Shown here: piece by piece, positions 52,872-64,000 of the stretch
How the letters are laid out: the number at the start of each line of letters is the position of its first letter
Position numbering within the stretch: the first letter of the stretch is position 1
Assembly: GCF_006345805.1 (NCBI RefSeq)
Contig: NC_043001.1
Span: 56,358,001 to 56,422,000 of the forward strand
Source of the DNA: Octopus sinensis
Taxonomy: Eukaryota
Direction of reading: 5' to 3'
Length of the DNA stretch: 64,000 bases
Translations under genes and position numbers: made by a program
The notes under the pieces: model-generated
Told to the model about the DNA's origin: nothing
The model's database searches: none
What the model saw: only the letters and a program-made list of their open reading frames with translations

Positions 52872-53176
52872 GGAGGCGCAATGGCCCAGTAGTTAGGGCA
52901 GCGAATTCGCGGTCGTAGGGTCACGGTTTCGATTCCCAGACCGGGCGCTGTGAGTGTTTATCGAGCGAAAGCACCTAAAGCTCCACAAGGCTCCGGCAGG
53001 GGGTGGTAGTGATCCCTGCTGTACTCTTTCACCGCAACTTTCCCTCACTCTTTCTTCTGTTGGCCTGCTCGCTTAGCCAGCGGGGTGGCGTCATTTGAAG
53101 GCTAACTCAATGCGAAGCGCATTGTGACCATTGATGTGTAGCAACATCTGATAGCGTGGTCGGGCACGTGATCCCA

Positions 53177-53179
<3 letters not shown>
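52872..53179 (+). mobile_element. tRNA-derived SINE (family C), full length
   Basis: GGAGGCGCAATGGCCCAGTAG (A box) and GGTTTCGATTCC (B box). Homolog at 21490-21753. Confidence 0.85.
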
Positions 53180-53232
<53 letters not shown>

Positions 53233-53648
53233 GAAGACATATACACACACACACACGAATACATACAGACACACACATGCATATTTACTTCTATTACTTA
53301 ATAAATTGAACAGTAGTATTATATAATTTATAATACACACTCTAGTACAGGCACGTAAAACAATCTATTATACACTAAAATAAATTGTATGATGTTGGCT
53401 GCGAAGCGATCGTAATCTTATTGATATCAACTGTTGAAATAAACATATTCATCTCATACCTCCTGACTTTCTATATATTTCAAATACTCCTAATTAAATA
53501 ATCATTACTAATTGAATTTATTGGATTTAAACTACATAGGGCTTTACATAGGACATTACATCCTTTTGTATTGGTTTACTATGTGCTTTGTAGCCTGGCC
53601 TACTAAAGCATTTTGTGCCACCGGATTAGTTAAATTCATATATTGCAC

Positions 53649-53679
<31 letters not shown>

Positions 53680-53751
53680 TGTATGTATGTATGTATGTAT
53701 GTGTATGTATGTATGTATGTGTGTGTGTGTGTGTGCGTATGTATGTATATA

Positions 53752-53793
<42 letters not shown>

Positions 53794-53889
53794 GATAGAA
53801 AGATAAACAGAAAGATAGGTAGAGAGCTAAGCAAATAGCTCGATACTTCCCCGAGCCAGTGAACCGGCAATAGATTTATGCCCTGCACC

Positions 53890-54331
53890 TTTTATCTTTT
53901 ATTTGTTTCAGGCATTAGACTGCGGCCATGCTGTAGCACTGCCTTAAAGAATTTCTAGTCGAATTAATCGATCCCAATACATAATTTTGTTAAACTTGGT
54001 ACTTATTCTAGCGGCCTCTATTGCCGAACCGTTAGCTTACAGGGACGCAAACACAGCAATACCAGTTGCCCAGCTGTGTTAGTGGGACAGATACGACACA
54101 AATACACACCCATACACACACACTTACACTCACACGCACACACTCACAAACGCACGCCCACACACATATACGACGGGCTTCTTCCAGTTTACGTGTACTA
54201 AATCCACTCACAAGGCTTTGATAGGACCGAGGTTATAGTAGGAAGCACCTGCCCATCGTGCAACTCAGCAGGACTGAACCGGTAACCATGCGGTTGGAGA
54301 CAAGCTTTTTTTTCCACACAACTAGGCCTGC
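53890..54331 (-). mobile_element. SINE family A, diverged
   Basis: Reverse-complement match to 4549-5019. Confidence 0.8.
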
Positions 54332-55164
54332 ACCTCGCATGTTTGCTTTATGAAAGCCAACTGCTAAGCCTTTCTTCTAAGTAACAACAAAAGCTCCAGC
54401 TCCAGCAGCAGCAGCAGCAGTAGTAGCAGCAGAAGCCATAATGATAGCAACAACAAGAACAATAGAGGCAGCACCACCACCACCAATATCACCAACAAAA
54501 GAAATGACATTTGGCACAGTGACAGAGCCTCTTTTACCATAGTCGTTCACACAGTCTTCTTCGTTCACACATTAGTAGATTGATTCACAGGTTGACGAGC
54601 GTCCTAAAACAATTTTCACAAATCCTTAGAATCTAGTCAATAACACGTCGTTTTATGATAAGCCAACACCCTCGAAATCAGAGGAAAATAACTCCAACCC
54701 ACTCCACTAAACCCCTTACTTCAACTCTTTTCTATTATTCTCTCCTCCTGTCTCTACCCTTCCACCTTCGAACGTATCTGCTGAGGCTCCGGGCTATGGG
54801 CTTACCCCGACTGCATAGATGAAAGACTTAATAAAACACAGATGTCACTACAAAGCTGGGTTGTTTGTATGGGTGGAGGAGACGGGGCCAACTGGGCCAC
54901 AGGCTGAGGCAGCTTGTGAATTTTGTTGTTCAGTCCGCTGCATTTTTCAAGTGGCATATGACAAGGGACTAAATTTCCCTTTAATTTAACCTGAATGTCA
55001 GATAAAGGGCTGTGGGTGGGACTAACAAACTCTGGATTAAGCAAAATCGGAGGAAGGACACCCTCTAGACACACACTACCGTACACACACATACATACGT
55101 TCAAACGCCCACTCTATCACACAGACATACTCATAACACACACTCATGTTAATATATGTACATA

Positions 55165-55255
<91 letters not shown>

Positions 55256-55328
55256 GCATGTGTATGTATACATGTTTCTATTACATGTTTATATGGACAC
55301 AATCCCGCTCGCCTCCATCCACTCCCAG

Positions 55329-55387
55329 CGCGCGCGTCCGCACACTTCAGACGCAATGCTTCTTCAACTACTACTCATGCATTCTGG
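55329..55387 (+). other. Candidate 59-nt micro-exon (unconfirmed)
   Basis: Pyrimidine-rich tract ending CAG (55326-28), GTGAGT donor at 55388-93, CpG-rich and open in all three frames. Confidence 0.2.
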
Positions 55388-56146
55388 GTGAGTGACCGCT
55401 TTTCATATTCAGCCACCAGCGCTACCACGTTAATGCCATTACCACTACCACCACCACAACCACAACCACCACCACCACCATCACCACCACCACCTCCATC
55501 ATCATCAACAACACCAACCTCTTAATCAATGGCAATTATGTTTGCTTCTCTTCTTTTCCGCCTTTTCCCAGTGTTTTCTTCACTTGCACCCTTTTTCATT
55601 TTGCCTCCAAGATGTATATATATATGTGTGTGTGTGTGTGTATGTATGTGTGTGTGTGTATAAAGAGGGAGAGAGCGTAGGGAGAAAGAGAGAGACAGAG
55701 ACAGAGAGATAGAGAAAAAGAGACAGAGAGAATGAAAAAAGAAAGAAAGAAAGAGAGAAAGAGCCTTTCTATTGTAAACCTCTCTTCTTTTTTAAGTACA
55801 CTTGATTGTCCAGTCTTGGAGACGAGTATCAACTGCGTCGATTTCAGCGCTCTTGGAGGGCCAAACATAGCCCATTGAGACTGGCCCTCCCTTCCGACAA
55901 AACCGTTAGACATACACACACGCACACACAGAGACACATACACTGCACATAGATACACACTCACGTACCCCGCATGCATATACTGATATGCAGTGAGTGT
56001 GCTTGTGTGCATGTGTGTGTGTTTCCGTGTATTGCTTATAATTTACACGTTTAGGTTTAATATACATGCATTTAATGTTGCATCTACGTCGTAGAAGAGC
56101 CATCTTAGCCATCCAAAAACATACTTTATTAAATTCACTTTTATGA

Positions 56147-56912
56147 GGCGGCGAGCTGGCGAAACGATTAGCAGTATTTTGTATGCCGTTACGTTCTGAG
56201 TTCAAATTCCACCGAGGTCGACTTTGCCTTTCATCCTTTCGGAGTCGATAAATTAAGTACCAGTTACGGGCTGAGGTCGATGTAATCGGCTTAATCTCTT
56301 TGTTTCTCCTTGTTTGTCCCCTCTGTGTTTAGCCCCCTGTGGGTAGTAAAGAAATAGGCGTTTTCAACTGTCTTCATGTTCTGAGTTCAAATTCCGCCGA
56401 GGTCGACTTTGCTTTTCATTCTTTCGGGGTCAATAAATTAAGCACCAATTGCATACTGTGGTCGATCTAATCTACTGGTCCCTTCCCACCAAAATTTCGT
56501 GCCTCGTGCCTAGAGTTAGCAGCATTGTTAACCGGGCAAAATGCATAGCGTCATTTCGTCCATCTTCACTTTCTGTCTTCGAATGTCTTTTACCCTTTCG
56601 GGGTCGATAAAATAGGTACCAGTTGAGTACTGGAATGGATATAATAGACTTACCCCTGCCCGGATAATTGCTGACCTTCTGCCAAAATTTGAAACCAATA
56701 TTTCAGTTATATAATAAGGTTACGAGCGAGCAGAATCGTTAGCGAGCCGGGCAAAATGGTGGCGATATTTCGTCTGTCTTCACGTTCTGTGTTTAAATAT
56801 CGCCGGGGGTCGATTTTGCTTTTTATCCTTTTAAGGGGTCGACAAAATAAGTACCAATCGAACACTGGGGTCTATGTAATCATCTTACTCCTACACACGA
56901 ACTTGTTGGCCT
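56147..56912 (+). mobile_element. Cluster of four tandem or partial SINE family B copies
   Basis: Repeated ttctgagttcaaattcc.ccgaggtcgactttgc blocks at about 56190, 56380, 56570 and 56785. Confidence 0.85.
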
Positions 56913-57643
56913 TCGGTGCCTGTTACTCATAGCTTTTCCATAAATAAGTTTAAGCTCCTTATCCGTTTTAGAACAAATTGAAAAGTCATTGCTGATGAGC
57001 TGCCAATTATTAGCGAAATTAGTCAAGTTGTTCTTTAATTCGGTGTATAGAGAGCAATGTTCTTTGTTATATAAAGTCTATTTTCAAAACGAAATTAAGT
57101 GTATGTTTATTAAAGGCACATATGGAAACTGATTTACAATATAACAACAGACGCACGTACATACACACGCGCACACACATAAACGCACACACATACACGC
57201 ACACATATAAACTTTGTAACCTATAAATCGAAATTGAGAAATATACACATGAGCAAGAGTTGAAATGCACGACTGTTACTTGCTAATTGAAAGCAGTACT
57301 ATTTAGATCACAATAAGCTTCATTGCTTTCTCTCTGAAATTTAGCAAAAAAGGTTAACTATTATATTGGCAACAAATACCAGGACGCAGTTCTTAATTAA
57401 CTCACCAGATTTTGCGCAGTAGGACATTACTAATAATATTTTGAAGTATCAAAACATCCAATCTTGTTTCGATGAACCGACAAGAAATAAATAGTCTTAA
57501 AGAATAAGAATAATTTTAAACAGCTCCAAAATTTTCAAAATGCCTGTGTCTATACAAATGTGTGTGTGCTTGTCTGTCTGTGTATGTATTTATGTGTGTA
57601 TATATGCATACATGTATATATGTCTGTATGTATGCATGCATGC

Positions 57644-57725
<82 letters not shown>

Positions 57726-57740
57726 TTATCTATCTATCTG

Positions 57741-57960
57741 TGTGTCGCTTAGTGTTTGTGTTTACCCGCCGCCCACCGCTTTACAGCCAGTGTTGGTTTG
57801 TTTACGGCTCTGGGACTTTTAAATTCGGTATAGGACACTGATAAGCTTTAGGTAACAGGATTTAAGAAAATGAGTATTGGTATCGATTTGTTCGGTTAAC
57901 CCCTTCAGTGCAGCGCCCCAGCATGGCCGCAGTCCAACGACTGGAATAAGTAAAAGTTAA
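57741..57960 (+). mobile_element. SINE family A, 3' half
   Basis: ccagcatggccgcagtc.aa.gactg.aa.aagtaaaag tail. Confidence 0.7.
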
Positions 57961-58074
57961 ATGGTGTGTGTGTGTGTATGTATATGTATGTGTGTGTGTG
58001 TGTGTGTATATATATATGTATATATATATGTATGTATGTATCTATGTATGTACTACGATGCCGCTGGTGGTGGT

Positions 58075-58332
58075 GCTACACACCATACTAATCATATCTG
58101 TCAGGCATCTGGAAGGGAGTGTGATTCGGCGGGAGGACTTAAGCGACATGTAAAGGTACATGAAACCCAGTTACAATTACAGCCAGCTATTTCCAGTAAA
58201 GGTTTTAGCTTCCAACTCTGTCCAAGACATTGTAGATCTTTAGCTGGGCTAAAAAGTCACATTCGATCACAGCACCAGTAACAGTTAGCCTCGTACAATA
58301 GCCATACTCGATAACGAGGGGGCAGCCATCAT
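58075..58332 (+). mobile_element. RTE LINE 3' end encoding two C2H2-like zinc fingers
   Basis: HICQASGRECDSAGGLKRHVKVH and CPRHCRSLAGLKSHIRSQH*, then ccatactcgataacgagggggcagccatcat, an RTE-type 3' end as I recall it. Confidence 0.6.
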
Positions 58333-58343
58333 ATATACATATA

Positions 58344-58389
<46 letters not shown>

Positions 58390-59250
58390 CATGCATACAT
58401 ATCACAAAAAGATATTTATGCACACGTACACGTATAAATATACGTATACATAAACATATATATTATAAATCTGTATATATGTCTGTGTAGTTTACGTATT
58501 TACGTGCCTGAATGCGTCTGTATATGTGTGTATAGGTGTTTGATGGTATTCAGTTTACAACAAACTTGAACAGTTACGTCTATAATAAGAACGTATAATT
58601 ATAGAAATTATTTTTAAAAATGTATAAAAATGCGAACAAGAAAAATAAAACCCACAAATGGAAAGCTGCAACTCTAGCAACAACAAAAACAACGTGACTG
58701 TTCACGTGTCAGCTGACAGTCATGTGATGCAATGTGAAATAAAAAAAAAAGTAAGCCGAGAAGATAAAGACTCTGGAATTACAATCCATTTCACTTACTC
58801 TACTTTTAACAGCGCCCTATTGTAGTTGTTATTGGTTTTGCTAGTTATAATGACGATGATGATGATGAAGACGATGATGATGATGATTGCGACATTAGCG
58901 GTGAAGTGTTGGGTGGTGTGGCTATTTATTTCCGTTATCTTTCCTCGCTTTTTGTCATTGTTAGAATGTCTGCCTGTCTCTTTATACAACGCGCGCGTAT
59001 ATAGACATATAGGTGTTGTACATTTGTGTGTACGTGTGCCTGCGTGTTAGTGTGTGTGTTTGTGTGTTTGTGTGTGTGTGTGTGTGAGTGTGTGTGTATG
59101 ATTGTGTCTATATATACGTATATAATATATATATATATGTTAATATATATATATATATATAAATGAATGTGTATATACAAACAAGAAACTCGGTTGTTTG
59201 TATATGTACCTATGTATATGCGTATGCATGTATGTATGTATGTATGTATG

Positions 59251-59282
<32 letters not shown>

Positions 59283-59653
59283 AATACATATATAAATATA
59301 TATATACACACACACATATATATATGTATATATATATCTATAATTATATATATATATATATATACATCTATGTATACACGCATATACGTGGTTATATATA
59401 TATATAAACGCATATACGTTGTTATATGTATACATACATATGTTTATATATTTATATATATATATATATATATATAAACATATCCTTATACATACATACA
59501 CATATACATACACATGCATGCATATGTATATATATATATGTATATATATATGCATATATATATTGTGTGTGTGTGTATGTGTGTATATATACATATATAC
59601 AAATATGTATAAATATACATATATATATATGTATATATATTCATATGTGTATA

Positions 59654-59715
<62 letters not shown>

Positions 59716-60292
59716 TATATATTTCAATGTCGTTATGGATGTGTAAAATGCAGGGAATGAGCCAAAAATAACTATTGCAAGTCAATAGAGCCATCATGCT
59801 TGAGTAACTGGCTGTCCGACTAGCTGTCAGGCTGGTGAACTATTGGCAGGCTGGTTGCCTGACTGACTTTTTGATTCCCTGGCTGTTTTGCTCCATTGCC
59901 TATGGAACTCATTCTTTGATTTTGCTTTTAATTTTACTTATTATTTTTTTATTCTTTTCTCGCTCTTTTGGTTACTTTTTTTTTTGCCAGTTTTTTGATT
60001 CAGAAGCAACTACTTTTATTCCTTATCTAATACTTCACCTCTTGCTTATTGTGTATAAAGTTATTGCTGTTCATATTTGTTTAATATATTCCGTGGTTCT
60101 TTAACGTGTGTATGTTGGTGTATGCATGTGTGTGTGTGTGTGTCCGCGCACACACATATGTAAATATATGTAAAAATATTTACACATTTCTGTGTACAGT
60201 TGTGCATATTTTATCTGTCTATCTTCATAGCTACTTATGTATGTATGTATGTATGTATGTATTTATGTATCTATAAATACATACTTACATAT

Positions 60293-60656
60293 ATATATAT
60301 ACATACATATATGCACACACACTCATATATATATGTATATATGCGTGTGTGTATATATGTGTATATATGTATATATGTATATATGTATATATATATACAT
60401 ATATATATATATACATATATACATATACATACATATTTATATACATACATATATTATATATATATATATGTATATATATGTATGTATGTATATAAATATG
60501 TATGTATATGTATATATATATATATATGTATATAATATATATATAATATACATATATACATATATACATATATACATATATACATATATACACATATATA
60601 CACCCACGCAATACACATATATATATGAGTGTGTGTGCATATATGTATGTATATAT
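60293..60656. repeat. ~360-bp quasi-palindrome within the TA/TACA simple-repeat field
   Basis: Mirrored non-periodic marks: gcacacacactc/gagtgtgtgtgc and catatttatatacatac/gtatgtatataaatatg. Centre near 60466. Confidence 0.7.
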
Positions 60657-60659
60657 ACG

Positions 60660-60698
<39 letters not shown>

Positions 60699-60774
60699 GC
60701 TCTCTTTCTACTACAGATATACATTTATGATATATATGTATGTGTATATATATATTATATATATATATATGTGG

Positions 60775-60817
<43 letters not shown>

Positions 60818-61602
60818 ATGTATGTATGCATACATACATACATAAATACATACATACATACATACATACATACATACATACATACATACATACATACATA
60901 CATACATACATACATACATACATACATGCATACAGGAATTCTTTAGACAGCAAGCTGGAAATTAACGGCAAAAACCAATTCAAAAGAAAAAATTTGCCAC
61001 ATTTTCCTCATCCTGCAATATTTCGACGTAAAAGACCGTTATCAAGAATAAATGGAAACTGAGATTAGCTGTAATCTCCACATATATCTGGGAAATTTGT
61101 AATGCGGATTATCATGCGCAGAAATGTAGAGCTTAGCTAACCAATTAACGTTGAACAATTCTTGTTTGTGCTGGATAACGCGCATTAATTAGTAAAATAA
61201 TTACATCATCCATAAACCGTTCTAGTATCGTATCAATGGATATGATATTGTCTGTGATATCCTATTCGCACCATTTCCTCAGATATTTTCTAACCGGAGG
61301 CGCATTTGCATGAATGTATTCTTGTCTTCCTTGTGCTTTTCCAATTCAGTGCTAGCAATATAACGCCTCTAAACTCATTACATATTCTGCACTACATCAT
61401 GTAAGCACCTATAAATACGTCGTAATGTACCACATGGCGTAATAAGTATGGCTTAATTTACATCGGCAACACCAGAAACAAACTGTTTATTCTGTCAAAG
61501 GCATATATTAACACGGATGTCAGTCCTACTGGTCACACGACACTGTGCCAAATGTATGTAGGTATACATGTATACAGGTATACATCTTTGTATATATGTA
61601 TC

Positions 61603-62138
61603 AGAGAGCAGTGCATGCCATCAAATCGACATTGGGGTAAAATATACGAAGCCCAGTATACCCATCATGACTACCCGTCTGACATGGTACGCCAGACACA
61701 TGCATCATAACCATATGTGCACGGCATAGTGATCTCATATCAAGATAAACAGCGCGTGATCTTGCAGGTGGGGGCCCAGTTAGAATTTCCTTCAGGTCAA
61801 GTAGCCCATCCCGCTCAATGGGTCACTGAATAAGGGTTGCTTAAGGATGTTGAATGAAACACCTGTATTTCCAGAGGTGGAATATCCAAACTCCAAAGAA
61901 TTCCTTTCAGCACATGGCTATGATGCTTCCCCACTACTTCTGTTCATGATTAGAGATGCACATATCCTCAGCTACTAAGGGTTATGCTCAACTGGTTAAG
62001 GTCAGACAACTGACATGCAAATCTGTGGTATTGAGCAGAATATCTACTGTAGTCCATGTTTTATACCAAGACAAAACATGTAGATGTTAACACTTTCAAT
62101 GAGTTAAGATCAGAAGTTATGAGAGCCACTGCCTGGTA
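61603..62138 (-). mobile_element. Family D repeat, second long copy
   Basis: Collinear with 51372-51910. Confidence 0.8.
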
Positions 62139-63058
62139 TGTATGGATATATGTATGTATGCATGTATGTACGTATGTATGTATGTATGTATGTATGTATG
62201 TATGTATGTATGTATGTATGTATGTATGTATGTGCATCGTAAAATGAAAATAACACGAAAGAAATCATATTTTATGTATTTGTGTGTTGTGTGTGGTGTG
62301 TGTGTGTGTGGTGTGTGTGTGTATTATAAAATTTCAGAATCCGATAGAATCAAGATATTTATGTTTTATTTATGCGAAAAATCCGAAACATTAAATTTTA
62401 CTCTAAATTCACCTGAAGGAAACTTTTCTTATACATGATAAGAAACACGTCTGAAACAACTGTAGTGAGCATCAATCCATCTGCGTTATTGTATATACAT
62501 ACAATATATATACATAAGGTTAATCCAAACATGAAAACACAAAGAGAAAACATAACGCTAGGACGTGGAACAAGTATAGTATTATTGGGCGCTCGGGAAA
62601 GAAGGAAAGAAGGAGGGTTTAACGTTTCGAGCGGAGCTCTTCGTCAGAAACATAGGAAATGGAAAAATCCAAAGAAGGGAAGACGGAGGAAAAAGAATCG
62701 CCAACGGTACACACGCGGTCACATTTTGAATATACATACATACATTATATATATATATATATAATATATATATATATATAGTATATATATATATATATAT
62801 ATATAATAAATATATATACAACACCAAGCTTTTGCGTCGTCTTAGCTCTCATTTCTAGCAATAGTGGTGCTAGTCAGTACCATCTGTCACTTTCGTGACC
62901 TCTATTAATTTGCCTTTCTGTTCAAATTGCTAATAAGCCAGGTATTTACTTTGTTTACACGTTTAGCTTTTTGAAAATCAGCGGTTTTTCTTATAAGACT
63001 GACAGAGGTAGTTGAGTTTAACCCTAGGCGTTAAAATACGAAATCATCGACCCGACTA

Positions 63059-63372
63059 TTCCGCCGAGGTCGACTTTGCCTTTCATCCTTTCGGGGTCGA
63101 TTAGATAAGTACCAGTTACGCACTGGGGTCGATATAATCGACTTAATCCCTTTGTCTGTCCTTGTTTGTCCTTTCTGTGTTTAGCCCCTTGTAGGTAGTA
63201 AAGAAATAGGTATTTCGTCTGCCGTTACGTTGTGAGTTCAAATTCCGCCGAGGTCGACTTTGCCTTTCATCCTTTCGGGGTCGATTAAATAAGTCGATAT
63301 AATCGACTCAATCCCTTTGTCTGTCCTTGTTTGTCCTCTCTATGTTTAGCCCCTTGTGGGCAAAAAGAAATA
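63059..63372 (+). mobile_element. Tandem pair of 5'-truncated SINE family B copies
   Basis: ttccgccgaggtcgactttgcctttcatcctttcggggtcgatta repeated at about 63059 and 63243. Confidence 0.85.
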
Positions 63373-63470
63373 ATATAGTGCTTTGTGACTTTTGAGTTGT
63401 TTTAACTCTTATTTCTAGCCATAGTGGTGCTAGTCAGTACCCTCTGCCACTTTTGCGACCTATACATACA

Positions 63471-63528
<58 letters not shown>

Positions 63529-64000
63529 AATATATGAGTGTGTGTATATATATATAACACACACACACACACACACACGCACATTGTAATATATAGTCAA
63601 ATTTGAGTTTCGCTCATATCTGTCCACTCTATTCATTGTCCTGAGTTCAATGTCAAATAGTGTATATATTTTTATATTCTTTACGATATGTGTGTGAGTG
63701 TGTGTGGTTGTGTGTATGTACATGTATATATATGCATAAGTACGTGTGTATGTATGTCTGTGTATATATATATTTATGGAGCGCATTGCTATGGGATCGT
63801 GTCTGTGTGTCTTTTGTGCGTGTATTATCATGTGCGCTTTTGTGCATTGGTGTTGTTTGTATTTTTGAGCACACATCGATATGTGTGTGTGTGTGCGTGT
63901 GTGTGTATACATATATATTATTATATATATATGTGAGAAACAATCTTATTCAATACTTTAATATTCTAATTCCTCTATCACTATTCCCTTTCACTGTTTC

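Noticed and set aside
54377-54568. Ser/Asn-rich or Ala-rich frames
   Set aside because: (CAG)/(CAA)/(CAC) repeat-derived, with no splice or homology support.
57961-58281. Host C2H2 zinc-finger gene
   Set aside because: It lacks TGEKP linkers, its N-terminus is microsatellite, and an RTE-like 3' end follows, so it is better explained as a LINE tail.
59173-59205. Perfect 12-bp hairpin atatacaaacaa/ttgtttgtatat
   Set aside because: Short and low-complexity, expected by chance in this AT-rich field. Intrinsic terminators are not relevant in a eukaryote.
62841-63461. ~60-bp direct repeat 560 bp apart (atttctagc.atagtggtgctagtcagtacc) as LTRs or TSD
   Set aside because: Too long and diverged for a TSD, no TG..CA or PBS/PPT, and the interior is mostly SINE. 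Probably an old local duplication.

Overview
AT-rich, repeat-saturated eukaryotic DNA, most likely a cephalopod (Octopus-like) intronic or intergenic region. That assignment is inferred from the SINE families and microsatellite load and was not verified by a search. No host protein-coding gene can be called with confidence. Almost all long ORFs in the track are translations of microsatellites or pieces of transposable elements. The window holds: (i) a young Penelope-like element (PLE) with ~400-bp inverted pseudo-LTRs and a near-intact RT/GIY-YIG frame (18.07-20.58 kb); (ii) a train of RLE-type R4/Dong-like LINEs, all on the minus strand and mostly bounded by (TAA)n, with an internally deleted Helitron inserted at one junction and a TA-flanked MITE inside that Helitron (41.5-51 kb); (iii) decayed RTE LINEs, a Ty3/gypsy integrase fragment, two deleted Tc1/mariner elements and many SINEs. 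The most notable signal is a set of minimal type I hammerhead ribozyme (HHR) motifs with palindromic stem-III loops. One sits in each PLE pseudo-LTR, a decayed one sits in an older PLE relic, and two lie in tandem inside a ~1.05-kb insert with no recognisable intact ORF that is flanked by a 14-bp TSD and splits an RTE endonuclease domain (retrozyme-like or non-autonomous PLE). All alignments and base pairings were read by eye, and no database search was run.
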